This document shows, in pieces, positions 50,235 through 59,957 of a stretch of DNA of 64,000 nt (positions are counted from its first letter, which is position 1; every line of letters begins with the position of its first letter). The stretch is from an uncultured Clostridia bacterium. GTDB taxonomy: Bacteria > Bacillota > Clostridia > Christensenellales > UBA1242. The DNA is taken from NCBI GenBank assembly GCA_934746715.1, contig CAKVFI010000001.1:7653-71652 (forward strand). Reading direction: 5' to 3'. The translations under genes were made by a program, and so were the position numbers. The notes under the pieces were generated by a model, which did no database searches, was not told where the DNA came from, and was given only the letters and a program-made list of their open reading frames with translations.

Positions 50235-50271
50235 AAAAAACAAAAAAACAACCAAGAAATTTTTGGTTGTT
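50235..50271 (-). terminator. terminator overlapping the recO stop
   Basis: Minus strand: AACAACCAA-7 nt-TTGGTTGTT followed by TTTTTGTTTTTT. Confidence 0.6.
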
Positions 50272-50941
50272 AAATAAATTCAAAAGAGCGAATTTCCGCA
50301 TTAAATTTGATGAGCAAAACTGTGTTTAGCAAGCGTAAGGCTTGTTTTTTTGTTGTGTTGGAAGCGTCAATTTGTGTGCCTGCATTTGCGGCTTTTAAAA
50401 ATTCAAAAACCTTTTTGTCTATTTGCATTGTGGCAAAATTTTGCTTTGAAACAAACTCCCCTGTTGTGCGGTCAAGATACACAAATTTGTCAAAATCAAA
50501 ATCGAGTGTCATGCCACAAAACTCAACAAATTTTATTATGAAATTTGAAAGAGCAAAAAATTCATCATTCGTTTCAATTTGCTTTAATGCGTTTAATGTT
50601 AGCACAAACAAATCTGGCTCTGGCTTTTCTGCAGGCAAGATGATTTTTAAAATATCCAAAACGATGTAGGCAGCAATTGTTTTGTCATAACTTTGCGTGA
50701 TTGAATAAAATCCGTCAACAACATTTGTGCTTGTAACCACACGAGAATTGCCTGTTTGATTTAAATTAAATTCCGCAAAAGTAAAAGGCAAAGCGGAAGA
50801 TTTCATTTTGGATTTTTCCTTTCTCACTCCCCTAAAATTTGCAGTGATTATGCCTTGCTCCAAACTAAAGATGGAAGCAAGTTTATCTGCCTCCTTGATG
50901 TCGGTTAATTTTAAAATAATTCCTTTAACTTTAGTGTCCAT
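50270..50941 (-). CDS. recO: DNA repair protein RecO
   Basis: The N-terminal OB pattern 'KGIILKLTDIKEADKLASIFS' plus era-yqzL-recO synteny. Confidence 0.85.
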   Translation of the reverse strand: MDTKVKGIILKLTDIKEADKLASIFSLEQGIITANFRGVRKEKSKMKSSALPFTFAEFNLNQTGNSRVVTSTNVVDGFYSITQSYDKTIAAYIVLDILKIILPAEKPEPDLFVLTLNALKQIETNDEFFALSNFIIKFVEFCGMTLDFDFDKFVYLDRTTGEFVSKQNFATMQIDKKVFEFLKAANAGTQIDASNTTKKQALRLLNTVLLIKFNAEIRSFEFI

Positions 50942-50945
50942 GTCT

Positions 50946-51098
50946 TTATAAAGTTAGTTCTGGCTCCTGATTTTGCAAAACGGTTTGCCTAATGCTTTCA
51001 GTTTTTTCGGCATCAACTGCCAAAATGTAAAAATAAGGGTTGCCAGTGCGTTTGAAGGCATTATAAAATTTGTTTGCAATTTCTGTTTTTAATTTCAT
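50946..51098 (-). CDS. yqzL: YqzL-like small protein (50 aa)
   Basis: Below the ORF-track size cut-off. My translation is MKLKTEIANKFYNAFKRTGNPYFYILAVDAEKTESIRQTVLQNQEPELTL. AGGGGGTGGAAT RBS. F..F..TG....Y.L pattern, and it sits between era and recO as B. subtilis yqzL does. Confidence 0.6.
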   Translation of the reverse strand: MKLKTEIANKFYNAFKRTGNPYFYILAVDAEKTESIRQTVLQNQEPELTL

Positions 51099-51147
51099 AT
51101 TCCACCCCCTAATTTATTTTATGAAAATTTGTTTCTATTATTCACAA

Positions 51148-52521
51148 TCAATCTTCTATTGTAAGCCCAAAATCTTTTAAAGCACGCTCATCGTTGCGCC
51201 AGTTTTGCTTAACTTTAACATAAAGTTGCAAATTGACTTTTGCATTGATTAAACGCTCAATAGCTTGCCTTGATTTGGTTGAAATTTGCTTTATCATTTC
51301 CCCATTTTTGCCCAAGATGATTGCTTTGTGGCTTTCACGCTCACAATAAACATCTGCAAAAATTTGAATTGGCGTTTCATTTTCCTTGTAATCGGTTACA
51401 ACAACTTGAATGCCATGCGGAATTTCATCATCAAGCAACAAAAGTGCTTTTTCCCTAACAATTTCGGCGCACATATGACGCAAGTTTTTGTCGGTGTATT
51501 CGTCAACTGGATAATAACGCATTTCATGGTCGTATTCAGGCAAATATTTTTTTATCATTTGCAACAAAACATCGCAATTTTTGCCAGTAAGTGCAGATAT
51601 TGGCAAAATTTCATCAACCTTGGCAACCGAACTTAATTCGGCAAGTTGAGGATACAATTTTTCATATTTAACTTCATCAATTTTGTTGATAAGCAAAATC
51701 TTTTTGGCTGTAGCAGTAACTTTTTTGTTTAATGCTGTGTACTGCTCCACCAATGGCTTTTTGGCGCTGATTAACATAAGCACAATTTCTGTGTCTGCTT
51801 GGGCGTTTTCAATTTGTTTGTCCATAGCATCGTCAATTTTGGTTGCGCGTTTGTGATAACCTGGTGTGTCCAAAAACACTATTTGGCAGTTTTTTTCATT
51901 GTATATGCCTGTGATATTTTCCCTTGTGGTTTGGCTTTTTGGGCTAACAATAGCAACATGCTCGCCAATCAATTGATTGATTAATGTTGATTTGCCTGCG
52001 TTTGTTTCACCAAGGATTGTAACAAAGCCAGATTTAAAACTATCTCGTGTGATATTGAGAGAGTTTAAAATTTCCGCTTGTTTTGCTGTCATAATTTTTT
52101 CATCTTCTGGTTTTATGTGATCGTATCCCATAAGGTGCAACATTGCATGGCAAAACAAAAAGCAAATTTCTCGCTTAACACTGTGACCGTACTCTTTGGC
52201 TTGCTCTTTGGCACGCTCAACGCAAAGCACAATGTCGCCAAGCAAAAGTTTGTGGTCGGTTGGGTCAATGTCGCAAACATAATCTTTTAATTTGAGTTTT
52301 TGCCCAACTTTAACATTTGTGTATGGATAGGACAAAACATCTGTAACTCTGTCAATACCGCGAGTGGTTTTGTTGAGAGTGCGGATTTCTTCTGGCAAAA
52401 CAAATTTTAAGTTGACTTTAACACTTTTTGGAGCGCCCAAAAAAGCATAAACTTGTTGTTCTACACTTGCCAAGTTTTGTTTCAAAGTTTCATCAATCTG
52501 TTCACCAAAAAATTCAATCAT
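51148..52521 (-). CDS. ybeY/era: fused rRNA-maturation endoribonuclease YbeY + GTPase Era (single ORF)
   Basis: Residues 1-~158 are YbeY (Zn motif 'HAMLHLMGYDH', residues 125-135). Residues ~161-457 are Era ('FKSGFVTILGETNAGKSTL', 'TTR', 'DTPG', 'NKID', and the KH tail 'ILGKNGEMIKQI'). There is no stop or start at the junction. Confidence 0.9.
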   Translation of the reverse strand: MIEFFGEQIDETLKQNLASVEQQVYAFLGAPKSVKVNLKFVLPEEIRTLNKTTRGIDRVTDVLSYPYTNVKVGQKLKLKDYVCDIDPTDHKLLLGDIVLCVERAKEQAKEYGHSVKREICFLFCHAMLHLMGYDHIKPEDEKIMTAKQAEILNSLNITRDSFKSGFVTILGETNAGKSTLINQLIGEHVAIVSPKSQTTRENITGIYNEKNCQIVFLDTPGYHKRATKIDDAMDKQIENAQADTEIVLMLISAKKPLVEQYTALNKKVTATAKKILLINKIDEVKYEKLYPQLAELSSVAKVDEILPISALTGKNCDVLLQMIKKYLPEYDHEMRYYPVDEYTDKNLRHMCAEIVREKALLLLDDEIPHGIQVVVTDYKENETPIQIFADVYCERESHKAIILGKNGEMIKQISTKSRQAIERLINAKVNLQLYVKVKQNWRNDERALKDFGLTIED

Positions 52522-53605
52522 TAATTTGCCCTGTAACTGTTAATATTGTGTAAGCGTACAATTTGTCTGCCACCAATTGAGTGGTTTGTTGAGTGTCGAC
52601 AACTGCAAAGTTTGGTTTTAGTTGTTGTTCTGCCCTTGTTTGGCTTAAATCAAGCAAATTTTGTTTTTCTTCTTCCAAATCGTGTGTGATTTCGGTTGGA
52701 ATCAACTCATAAAAGCAATTAACTTTGCGCTTTAACGGCACAAGTCCGCTTATAATTTCATTATAACTAACATTTTCAAAAAGAGCAAATGAATTTTTGT
52801 TTTTGCCAAAAAATATGTGTTTGTTAAAAAGTGAATAATCATAACATATTTGGCTTTTGCCAGAGCGCACCAAAACTGTTTCTGTTTTGGCAATTTGTGC
52901 TGTGCCAACAACAAACATTTTTGCTTCAATTTCTGCCATTGGTTTTACGCTGATTTTGTTGCCAGATTTATCCAAATTAAAAGGCAAAATAAGGTCATCA
53001 CCTGCGTTGACATAATCGCCAACCTTAATGTTTGTTGTGCCAGTGATTAAATTGATTTTTGTGATTATCCCATTAAACTTTGCTTTGATTGGCTCAAAAG
53101 TTGTGGCGTTGTAAACCAATTTTTCGCTTAAATTAATCACTATTGCCGTGCCTTGTTTGATAACAGAAACTTGGGCGATTTTATCGTAATTTTCTAGCAA
53201 AATTGTTTCAATTTCCTTGGCGGATTTCACATTTAATTTGCCAATTTTAACACCATTTTGGTTTAACACTTGCAAAACATCATTTTGAGTTAAATCCTTT
53301 GTGCCAAAAATGCAAATTTGCCAAATGTAGTTGTTTGAAAACAAGTAAAACACACAACCAACAAAAATGGCAATTACAAGCCCCAAATTTGCTAAAATCA
53401 ACTTTGGCAAGCGCTTAAAAAAACTTGGCGTTTGTTTGATTTTGAAATTTGCAATGTATTTTTGCGCCTTTTTTACTTGACCATCCAACAACTCAAAAGT
53501 TATGTGATTGTGGCTATCTCTGTTAACATTTTTTAGCACAATCTTTTTGTTGTAAAGTGTTTTTAAAAGGTTGTCGATATTGTAACCTGTTAAGTCATAT
53601 TTCAT
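52514..53605 (-). CDS. yqfD: YqfD-like sporulation protein
   Basis: A single TM segment around residue 75 and the YqfD-type layout. ATG 53605 forms an ATGA overlap with the yqfC stop. Confidence 0.8.
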   Translation of the reverse strand: MKYDLTGYNIDNLLKTLYNKKIVLKNVNRDSHNHITFELLDGQVKKAQKYIANFKIKQTPSFFKRLPKLILANLGLVIAIFVGCVFYLFSNNYIWQICIFGTKDLTQNDVLQVLNQNGVKIGKLNVKSAKEIETILLENYDKIAQVSVIKQGTAIVINLSEKLVYNATTFEPIKAKFNGIITKINLITGTTNIKVGDYVNAGDDLILPFNLDKSGNKISVKPMAEIEAKMFVVGTAQIAKTETVLVRSGKSQICYDYSLFNKHIFFGKNKNSFALFENVSYNEIISGLVPLKRKVNCFYELIPTEITHDLEEEKQNLLDLSQTRAEQQLKPNFAVVDTQQTTQLVADKLYAYTILTVTGQIND

Positions 53606-53856
53606 TTTGCCACCACCGACTGTATTTGCCCAGTTATTATGCATGTAGATTTGTCCAAATACTTAACCTTTAACTCCACTCCGCCAACAGTTAAAATTTG
53701 TTTTTTCAACTGAAACTGCATTTCATTTTCTGCAAAACCCAACACCGCCTTAATGCCTTCGATATACAAGCTATTTCCTCCAAGGTTAACAATTCTGTAA
53801 ATCGAAGAAGCCCCAGTACTTTCCATTAACTTTTCAATTTCGCCCATTAAACTCAT
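53602..53856 (-). CDS. yqfC: YabP/YqfC family sporulation protein
   Basis: 84 aa, 'LYIEGIKAVLGFAENEMQFQLKKQILTVGGVELKVKYLDKSTCIITGQI'. Confidence 0.8.
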   Translation of the reverse strand: MSLMGEIEKLMESTGASSIYRIVNLGGNSLYIEGIKAVLGFAENEMQFQLKKQILTVGGVELKVKYLDKSTCIITGQIQSVVAK

Positions 53857-53989
53857 ATATAAATATATGAAAAAAGCCCATTAAAAATGCTTTTAAAACA
53901 TACAAAAACAATTTACATATCGAAACAAAAAAAGGGAAACAACTTTAAGTTAGATTCCCCTTGTTTTTTATTTAATTAAAGCATTTTTG

Positions 53990-55573
53990 TTATTTGTTGC
54001 GCATTTGTGTGTCAACATATGTTTCGTAATCAATTTCCTTGTCGTATTCAAGGGTTTTGTTGATGCGGATAATGCGATTTGCAACAGTTGACATAATTTC
54101 TTCATCGTGTGTGGCAAAAATCATGCAACCTTCAAATCTTTCCATGCCCTTGTTGAGAGCTGTGATTGATTCCAAATCCAAATGGTTGGTTGGTTCGTCC
54201 AAAAGCAAGAAATTGCCAGATTGAAGCATCATGCGAGCCATCATGCAGCGAACTTTTTCACCACCCGACAAAACTTTGGCTTTCTTTTCTGCTTCTTCCC
54301 CGCTAAACAACATTCTGCCCAACCAGCTGCGAAGGAAAGTTGCGTCAGTTTCTTTGGTGTATTGACCAATCCATTCAACCAAACTTAAATCGCAATTTTC
54401 AAAATAACTGTTGTTGTTTTGAGGGAGATATGTTGGAGTGATTGTTTTGCCCCATTTTACTTCGCCTTTGTAGTTAGTGTCCTTGCCTGCCAAAATGTCC
54501 ATAAGCGCAGTTACAACATTGCTGTTGTCGCTCATAATAGCAATTTTGTTGCCCGGGCGCACTGTGAATGAAACATTTTCAAAAATGCCCGGCTTTGTGA
54601 GTTTGTTTACAAACAAAATGTCGTTGCCAATGCGTTGGTCAAACTTAAAGTCAATGTAAGGATATTTACGGCTGCTTGGTTTGATGTCTTCAATTGTCAA
54701 GCGCTCCAACTCCTTTTTGCGGCTGGTGGCTTGCTTTGATTTTGATGCATTTGCGCTAAAACGAGCAATAAATTCTTGCAACTCTTTGGCGCGTTGCTCT
54801 GCCTTTTTGTTTAAATCCTTTTGTTGTTTTAATGCAAGTTGGCTGGACTCATACCAAAAATCGTAGTTACCCAAATACAAGTTAATTTTGCCATAGTCAA
54901 TATCACAAATATGTGTGCACACTTTGTTTAAAAAGTGGCGGTTGTGGCTGACAATGATGATTGTGTTTTCAAAGTTTAAAATAAAGTCTTCCAACCAGCG
55001 AATGGTTTTTACGTCCAAGTTGTTTGTTGGTTCGTCCAAAATAAGGTTGTCTGGATTGCTGAACAATGCTTGTGCAAGTAATACTTTAACTTTGATTTTG
55101 CTGTCCACATTTGCCATAAGTTCGTTATGCAACTCTTGTGGAATATCAAGTGAGTTTAAAAGTTTTTGAGCATCACTTTCTGCATCCCAACCGTTAAGTT
55201 CGGCAAATTCTGCTTGCAATTCTGCCAAGCGGTTACCATCTTCTTCAGTAAAATCGGTTTTTGCGTAGTACATTTCTTGCTCGTCCATCAACTCAACCAA
55301 GCGTTTGTGCCCCATAAGCACGGTGCGCAAAACTGTGTAATCGTTATATTTTTCCTGATTTTGTTCCAAAACAGATAGTCTTTCCTTTGGTGGAATGATA
55401 ACTTCGCCTTTGTTTGGTTCAAGTTCACCAGAAAGCACTTTCATAAATGTTGATTTGCCCGCTCCATTTGCGCCAATAACACCATAGCAGTTGCCTTTTG
55501 TGAACTTTAAATTTACTTCATCAAACAATTTTCTACTGCCGAACTGAACGGCAACATTATTTACTGTAATCAA
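53990..55573 (-). CDS. ABC-F family ATPase (YbiT-like) with degenerate second Walker A
   Basis: NBD1 has 'GANGAGKST' and 'LILDEPTNNLD'. A linker follows. NBD2 has 'LSGGEKVR' and 'LLLDEPTNHLD', but its P-loop reads 'IMSDNSNVVTA'. Confidence 0.9.
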   Translation of the reverse strand: MITVNNVAVQFGSRKLFDEVNLKFTKGNCYGVIGANGAGKSTFMKVLSGELEPNKGEVIIPPKERLSVLEQNQEKYNDYTVLRTVLMGHKRLVELMDEQEMYYAKTDFTEEDGNRLAELQAEFAELNGWDAESDAQKLLNSLDIPQELHNELMANVDSKIKVKVLLAQALFSNPDNLILDEPTNNLDVKTIRWLEDFILNFENTIIIVSHNRHFLNKVCTHICDIDYGKINLYLGNYDFWYESSQLALKQQKDLNKKAEQRAKELQEFIARFSANASKSKQATSRKKELERLTIEDIKPSSRKYPYIDFKFDQRIGNDILFVNKLTKPGIFENVSFTVRPGNKIAIMSDNSNVVTALMDILAGKDTNYKGEVKWGKTITPTYLPQNNNSYFENCDLSLVEWIGQYTKETDATFLRSWLGRMLFSGEEAEKKAKVLSGGEKVRCMMARMMLQSGNFLLLDEPTNHLDLESITALNKGMERFEGCMIFATHDEEIMSTVANRIIRINKTLEYDKEIDYETYVDTQMRNK

Positions 55574-55676
55574 AATATGCTCCTTAAAAATTTTATTTCG
55601 ACTTTAATTTAACACAAAAACAAGTTTAAAGCAACAAAAAACTTGCAAAAACTTTAAGTTAATGCAAGTTTAAAAT

Positions 55677-56321
55677 TTAAGTTTGATTAACCAATTGCTT
55701 TGCAGGCTTGAATTTAAACAACAATTTGCCAAGTTGTTTGCCAAAGTACAAAGCCACATAACCAAACAACCAGCCAGCCAAAACATCGCTTGCGTAATGC
55801 ACGTTTAAATATATTCTACTCACGCCAACCAACGCAATGATAAGTGAAAGCACAATTGTTAAAATGATTTTGCAAGCAAGGTTATCAAATTTGCGATTTG
55901 CAAAATAAATAAGCAAACCATAAAAAGCAAGGCTAACCATTGCGTGTGCACTTGGAAAACTGTAACCTACTTCACTAACAAGCATTGTTGTTGGGCGCGC
56001 CCTTTGAACAAGAAATTTAAAAATCAAATTCAACAAAACAGCAACAACTGTGCCAGTCATACAAGTGGTGCCAATGCGTTTGTCTTTTGCGTAAATTGTG
56101 AAAAGCCCACCAACAAGCAACAAAACCCACCACTCACCAAAAAATGTGAAAAACTTGAAAAAGTTTGTTGCAAATTTTGATTGATGATTGTAAAAATATG
56201 TGTTCAACTTGTCCATTTGAAATTGATAGCCAAATTTGACCATAAAAAGCATGGCAACAAACAAGCACAAACTTAAAAGTGCTGAACCCATAAAAATGTA
56301 TTGTTTGGTTTTGTATTTCAT
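55677..56321 (-). CDS. PAP2 family phosphatase (membrane)
   Basis: 'QRARP', 'SFPSAHA', 'SRIYLNVHYASDV' acid-phosphatase motifs, plus TM helices. Confidence 0.85.
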   Translation of the reverse strand: MKYKTKQYIFMGSALLSLCLFVAMLFMVKFGYQFQMDKLNTYFYNHQSKFATNFFKFFTFFGEWWVLLLVGGLFTIYAKDKRIGTTCMTGTVVAVLLNLIFKFLVQRARPTTMLVSEVGYSFPSAHAMVSLAFYGLLIYFANRKFDNLACKIILTIVLSLIIALVGVSRIYLNVHYASDVLAGWLFGYVALYFGKQLGKLLFKFKPAKQLVNQT

Positions 56322-56353
56322 AACTTAACATCCTTTTTGTTTTAATTGAGAAC

Positions 56354-56376
56354 AAAAAAACCCTGCCAACGCAGGG
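56354..56376 (-). terminator. Rho-independent terminator after nrdR
   Basis: Minus strand: CCCTGC-GTTG-GCAGGG followed by TTTTTTT. Confidence 0.8.
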
Positions 56377-56383
56377 CAAAAAA

Positions 56384-56818
56384 CTATCTGTTTAAAAACC
56401 TGCGAACATCATCAAAAGTTTCGCAATCTGTGTGTTGAGTGTAATAAACCAAGCATGCCATTGCGTTAACTTCAAACAAAACATCAAGAGCAACTTTAAC
56501 AATGTCCTTTGTTGTGATTTCTTGTTGTTGAAGTGCAAACAATTTGGTTTCAATCCTGCTGGCAATTTGTTCTGCAGTTTCTGCCACATTTGTGCAATAA
56601 ACGGCATGAGCAATGCTTTCAACCAACTTTTCTATTTTGAAAGGTTCACGCACATTGTCAACATTTGTAACAACCATTGGATTTGCTTCAACTGTTTCAT
56701 AAGTGGTGAAACGCTTGCCACAAACAAGGCATTCCCTACGCCTACGAATACTGGTGTCCTTCAAATAACGACTATCTACAACTTTACTTTCGCTGTTACC
56801 GCAAAAAATACAACGCAT
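56384..56818 (-). CDS. nrdR: transcriptional repressor NrdR
   Basis: Zinc ribbon 'MRCIFCGNSESKVVDSR..CLVCGKRFTTYE' plus an ATP-cone. ATG 56818 behind AAAGGAGAAAG. Confidence 0.92.
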   Translation of the reverse strand: MRCIFCGNSESKVVDSRYLKDTSIRRRRECLVCGKRFTTYETVEANPMVVTNVDNVREPFKIEKLVESIAHAVYCTNVAETAEQIASRIETKLFALQQQEITTKDIVKVALDVLFEVNAMACLVYYTQHTDCETFDDVRRFLNR

Positions 56819-56974
56819 TTTACTTTCTCCTTTAACTAAACCCAAAGGCAAAACACAAATTTGCTTGCCCGATTTCTTTTTAGTAGAATACCACAATTCG
56901 CCAAATTTAGCAACAAAAAAGCATATTTATTTTAATATTTTTTGATTTTTTTTGACAAAATTTGTTCAAGATAT

Positions 56975-57006
56975 AAAAAATATAACACCACAAGCAGTGG
57001 TATTAT
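56975..57006 (-). terminator. terminator after ylmC-like gene
   Basis: Minus strand: ATAATACCAC-5 nt-GTGGTGTTAT (9/10 bp) followed by ATTTTTT. Confidence 0.6.
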
Positions 57007-57044
57007 ACAAAAATTAAATACCAAATATTTTGACAGTTTAATTT

Positions 57045-57365
57045 TTATTGTTGATTAAGCGCAATGATGTTTTGGTGCTTTTTTGGTGGTGGAGGCGGTG
57101 GAGATGGTTTGTTTTCGTTAACATAGAGTTCAACTAATATTACATCCACCCCAATTTTGCAAACACAATCAAAAGGAATGAATATTTCTTTGTTTGCTTT
57201 AAACAATCCCCAAAAGCCAGAATTTGATTGCGGAACAACAAAACCAAGAGTTTTTGCCGAAACGATGTCAAAAATAACATCAGTGATATGCCCCAAACAT
57301 TTGCCGTCCACTGTGTTAACAACTTGTTTGCATTTTAACTCTTGGAAAGAAACTTCCATACTCAT
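57045..57365 (-). CDS. ylmC: PRC-barrel protein, YlmC/YmxH family
   Basis: 'ELKCKQVVNTVDGKCLGHITDVIFDIVSAKTLGFVVP'. The C-terminal tail contains 'PSPPPPPPKK'. Confidence 0.8.
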   Translation of the reverse strand: MSMEVSFQELKCKQVVNTVDGKCLGHITDVIFDIVSAKTLGFVVPQSNSGFWGLFKANKEIFIPFDCVCKIGVDVILVELYVNENKPSPPPPPPKKHQNIIALNQQ

Positions 57366-57382
57366 TTATATGAAAAATTTTT

Positions 57383-57418
57383 AAAAAAAATGCCATTATT
57401 TGTAACAATTTGGCATTT
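57383..57418 (-). terminator. hairpin/terminator after the topoisomerase A-subunit gene
   Basis: AAATGCCA-15 nt-TGGCATTT, flanked by A8 and a T-run. Confidence 0.5.
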
Positions 57419-57533
57419 TTTATTTTTAGTATTAGCAAAAATATTTTGTTAAAATTCTTTTTGTAAATGAAAAAATTATTATTAGTTAATATTAATTAAA
57501 GCGTTTAATACTTAACAAAGTTGTTGCTTAACA

Positions 57534-59957
57534 TTAATTTAAATACAAACCAACATCTTTAAGTGAAAGTTTTGTTTTTGCAACCAAAGGTTTGCCCGCA
57601 CTTGTGCGAGTTTGGATTGTGATATCGTTAACATCAACTGCGTAAATTTTATCCTTATCTTGCAACACAACTTCACCAGTGACAATTGGAGAAATGATTG
57701 CAAAAATCTTTTCCTTGCCGGTTCCAATTTTAAGCCCTTTGCGGTTGCGCGCGCTGATTGGAAGTTCATTTAAACTAAACTTTTTGCCAACACCATCTGG
57801 AGTAACCACAAGCACCCTATCAAGAGTGTTAACTTGACTTGCAAAAATCACTTTATCGCCATCATTCAAATTCATGCCAATCACACCACCACTTGCGCGT
57901 TTTGTTACTGGCACAGTTTTGTATTCCACATTAACAGCCATACCTTGGCTGCTAACCATTAAAATAGAAGGCAAATTATCGTTGATTTGAACAGACACAA
58001 CACGATCAAAATCTTTAAGTTTAAGTGCCACACTGCCAGTTTTAAGCCCTGCATATTCACTTGCCGGACTACGTTTAATAAAGCCATCTTGTGTTGTAAA
58101 AATAAGTTCTGTGTTTTCTTCAAAATCTTGTTCTGCAAACAAACCAACAACTTTTTCATTGGTTTCGGCATGAGCAATTTCGCTCATTGCTGTGCCCTTT
58201 GTGTTGAATTTGCTGTTTGGAATATCTCGCACTGGAATGCTAAAGAAATTGCCATAATTTGTGAAAGCGTAAACATTGCTGTTCATGCTTGTGTGAACAA
58301 TTGTTTTGTGAAGAGCATTTATATTGTCGTAATCATAATTTGGACTTGCATTTTGAATTTGCTTGATATCCAAAGTTTTAAGGCGCAATCCGTCGTTTGT
58401 AACCGCCACCGCACATTCAGTGTCCAACAATCTTTCAATTGGTGTTATAACATAATCTTCGAAGGTTGTTACTATTTGAGTTTTGCGTGGTGTTGCGTAT
58501 TTAGCCTTGATTTCTTTAAGTTCCTTTTTGATAACTGACATTTGACGTGCTTTGCTGCCCAAAATTGCAGTTAATTCTTCAATGGTTTTAAGCAAGTCTT
58601 GAAGTTCTTGTTGCAATTTTTCAACTTCCAAACTTGTAAGTCTGCTTAAACGCATATCAAGGATTGCTTGAGTTTGAATGTCGGTTAAGTTAAAGCGCTC
58701 CATAAGTTTTGTTTTGGCGTCTCCCACCGAACTTGATGTTTTGATGATTTGCACCACTTCATCTATATTTGCAATTGCAACGCACAAACCTTCAACGATG
58801 TGAGCGCGTGCTTTTGCCCTATCCAAATCAAATTGTGTGCGGCGCACGATGATTTCGTTTTGGAATTTGATGTAATAGTTCAAATAAGCAAGCAAACCCA
58901 ATTGTTTTGGGCTGCCATCAGCAATTGCAACCACATTATAGTTAAAGTTGAGTTGCATGTCGGTGTGTTTTAAAAGCAAGGCAATAATATTGTCAACATC
59001 TCCGTCCTTTTTAACAGTGATAACTGCTCGCATACCTGCCTTATCACTTTCATCAGTGATGTCGCAAATATCGGCAAGTTCATCTTTCATTTTCATTTTA
59101 AGGTCGCCAATCGACTTTAAGAACTCTGCTTTGTTAACTTGATATGGCAATTCTGTAATAACAATGTTTGTTTTGCCGTTTTTGTCATCTTCTGTATGGA
59201 AAACAGCACGCATTGTAACCTTGCCACGGCCTGTTGCGTACGCTTCTTCCATATCTTTGCCTGCACAAATCATACCACCTGTTGGAAAATCTGGCCCTTT
59301 GACAACTTTAAGCATGTCAGTTAGGCTAATCTCCGGATTATCGATATACGCAATACAGCCGTCAATCATCTCTCCAAGGTTGTGAGTTGGAATGTTTGTT
59401 GCCAAACCTACGGCAATGCCCGATGCACCATTAACAAACAAGTTTGGAAAGCGCCCTGTTAAATAATCTGGTTCTTTAAGAGTGTCATCAAAGTTAAAGC
59501 TGAAACTAACCGTGTCTTTATCCAAATCCTTCATCAATTCCAAGGCAAGTGGAGTTAATCTAACTTCGGTGTAACGCATTGCTGCTGCACCATCGCCGTC
59601 AATAGAGCCAAAGTTGCCTTGACCTTCAACCAAGCATTCGCCCATAACAAAGTTTTGAGCCATACGCACCATTGCCCCATAAACTGAACTGTCACCATGT
59701 GGGTGAAATTTACCCAATGTATCACCAACAACACGGGCAGATTTTTTAAAAGGCTTGTCAGGAGTAAGCCCCAACTCTATCATATCAAACAAAATACGGC
59801 GTTGAACTGGCTTTAAGCCATCTTCCACACGCGGAAGCGCGCGATCCATAATAACATATTCACTGTATGGCAACATACTGCTTGACATAACATCTTCAAC
59901 TGTCATTGTGTACAAATTGCCAGTTGGAACAACTGAATTAATCTCTCTTTTTGCCAT
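57534..59957 (-). CDS. parC: type IIA topoisomerase subunit A, ParC-like (GyrA/ParC family)
   Basis: '[18 protein letters not shown]', '[17 protein letters not shown]', and catalytic 'AAMRYTE'. No GyrA-box (QRRGGKG) at the start of the C-terminal domain. Confidence 0.85.
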   Translation of the reverse strand: MAKREINSVVPTGNLYTMTVEDVMSSSMLPYSEYVIMDRALPRVEDGLKPVQRRILFDMIELGLTPDKPFKKSARVVGDTLGKFHPHGDSSVYGAMVRMAQNFVMGECLVEGQGNFGSIDGDGAAAMRYTEVRLTPLALELMKDLDKDTVSFSFNFDDTLKEPDYLTGRFPNLFVNGASGIAVGLATNIPTHNLGEMIDGCIAYIDNPEISLTDMLKVVKGPDFPTGGMICAGKDMEEAYATGRGKVTMRAVFHTEDDKNGKTNIVITELPYQVNKAEFLKSIGDLKMKMKDELADICDITDESDKAGMRAVITVKKDGDVDNIIALLLKHTDMQLNFNYNVVAIADGSPKQLGLLAYLNYYIKFQNEIIVRRTQFDLDRAKARAHIVEGLCVAIANIDEVVQIIKTSSSVGDAKTKLMERFNLTDIQTQAILDMRLSRLTSLEVEKLQQELQDLLKTIEELTAILGSKARQMSVIKKELKEIKAKYATPRKTQIVTTFEDYVITPIERLLDTECAVAVTNDGLRLKTLDIKQIQNASPNYDYDNINALHKTIVHTSMNSNVYAFTNYGNFFSIPVRDIPNSKFNTKGTAMSEIAHAETNEKVVGLFAEQDFEENTELIFTTQDGFIKRSPASEYAGLKTGSVALKLKDFDRVVSVQINDNLPSILMVSSQGMAVNVEYKTVPVTKRASGGVIGMNLNDGDKVIFASQVNTLDRVLVVTPDGVGKKFSLNELPISARNRKGLKIGTGKEKIFAIISPIVTGEVVLQDKDKIYAVDVNDITIQTRTSAGKPLVAKTKLSLKDVGLYLN

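Noticed and set aside
53602-53605. Alternative genetic code (code 4, Mollicutes-like) given the low GC
   Set aside because: TGA clearly terminates conserved genes (yqfC ends in the ATGA overlap, the hydrolase ends at TGA 63887-63889). All conserved proteins are full-length under code 11 with TGG for Trp.
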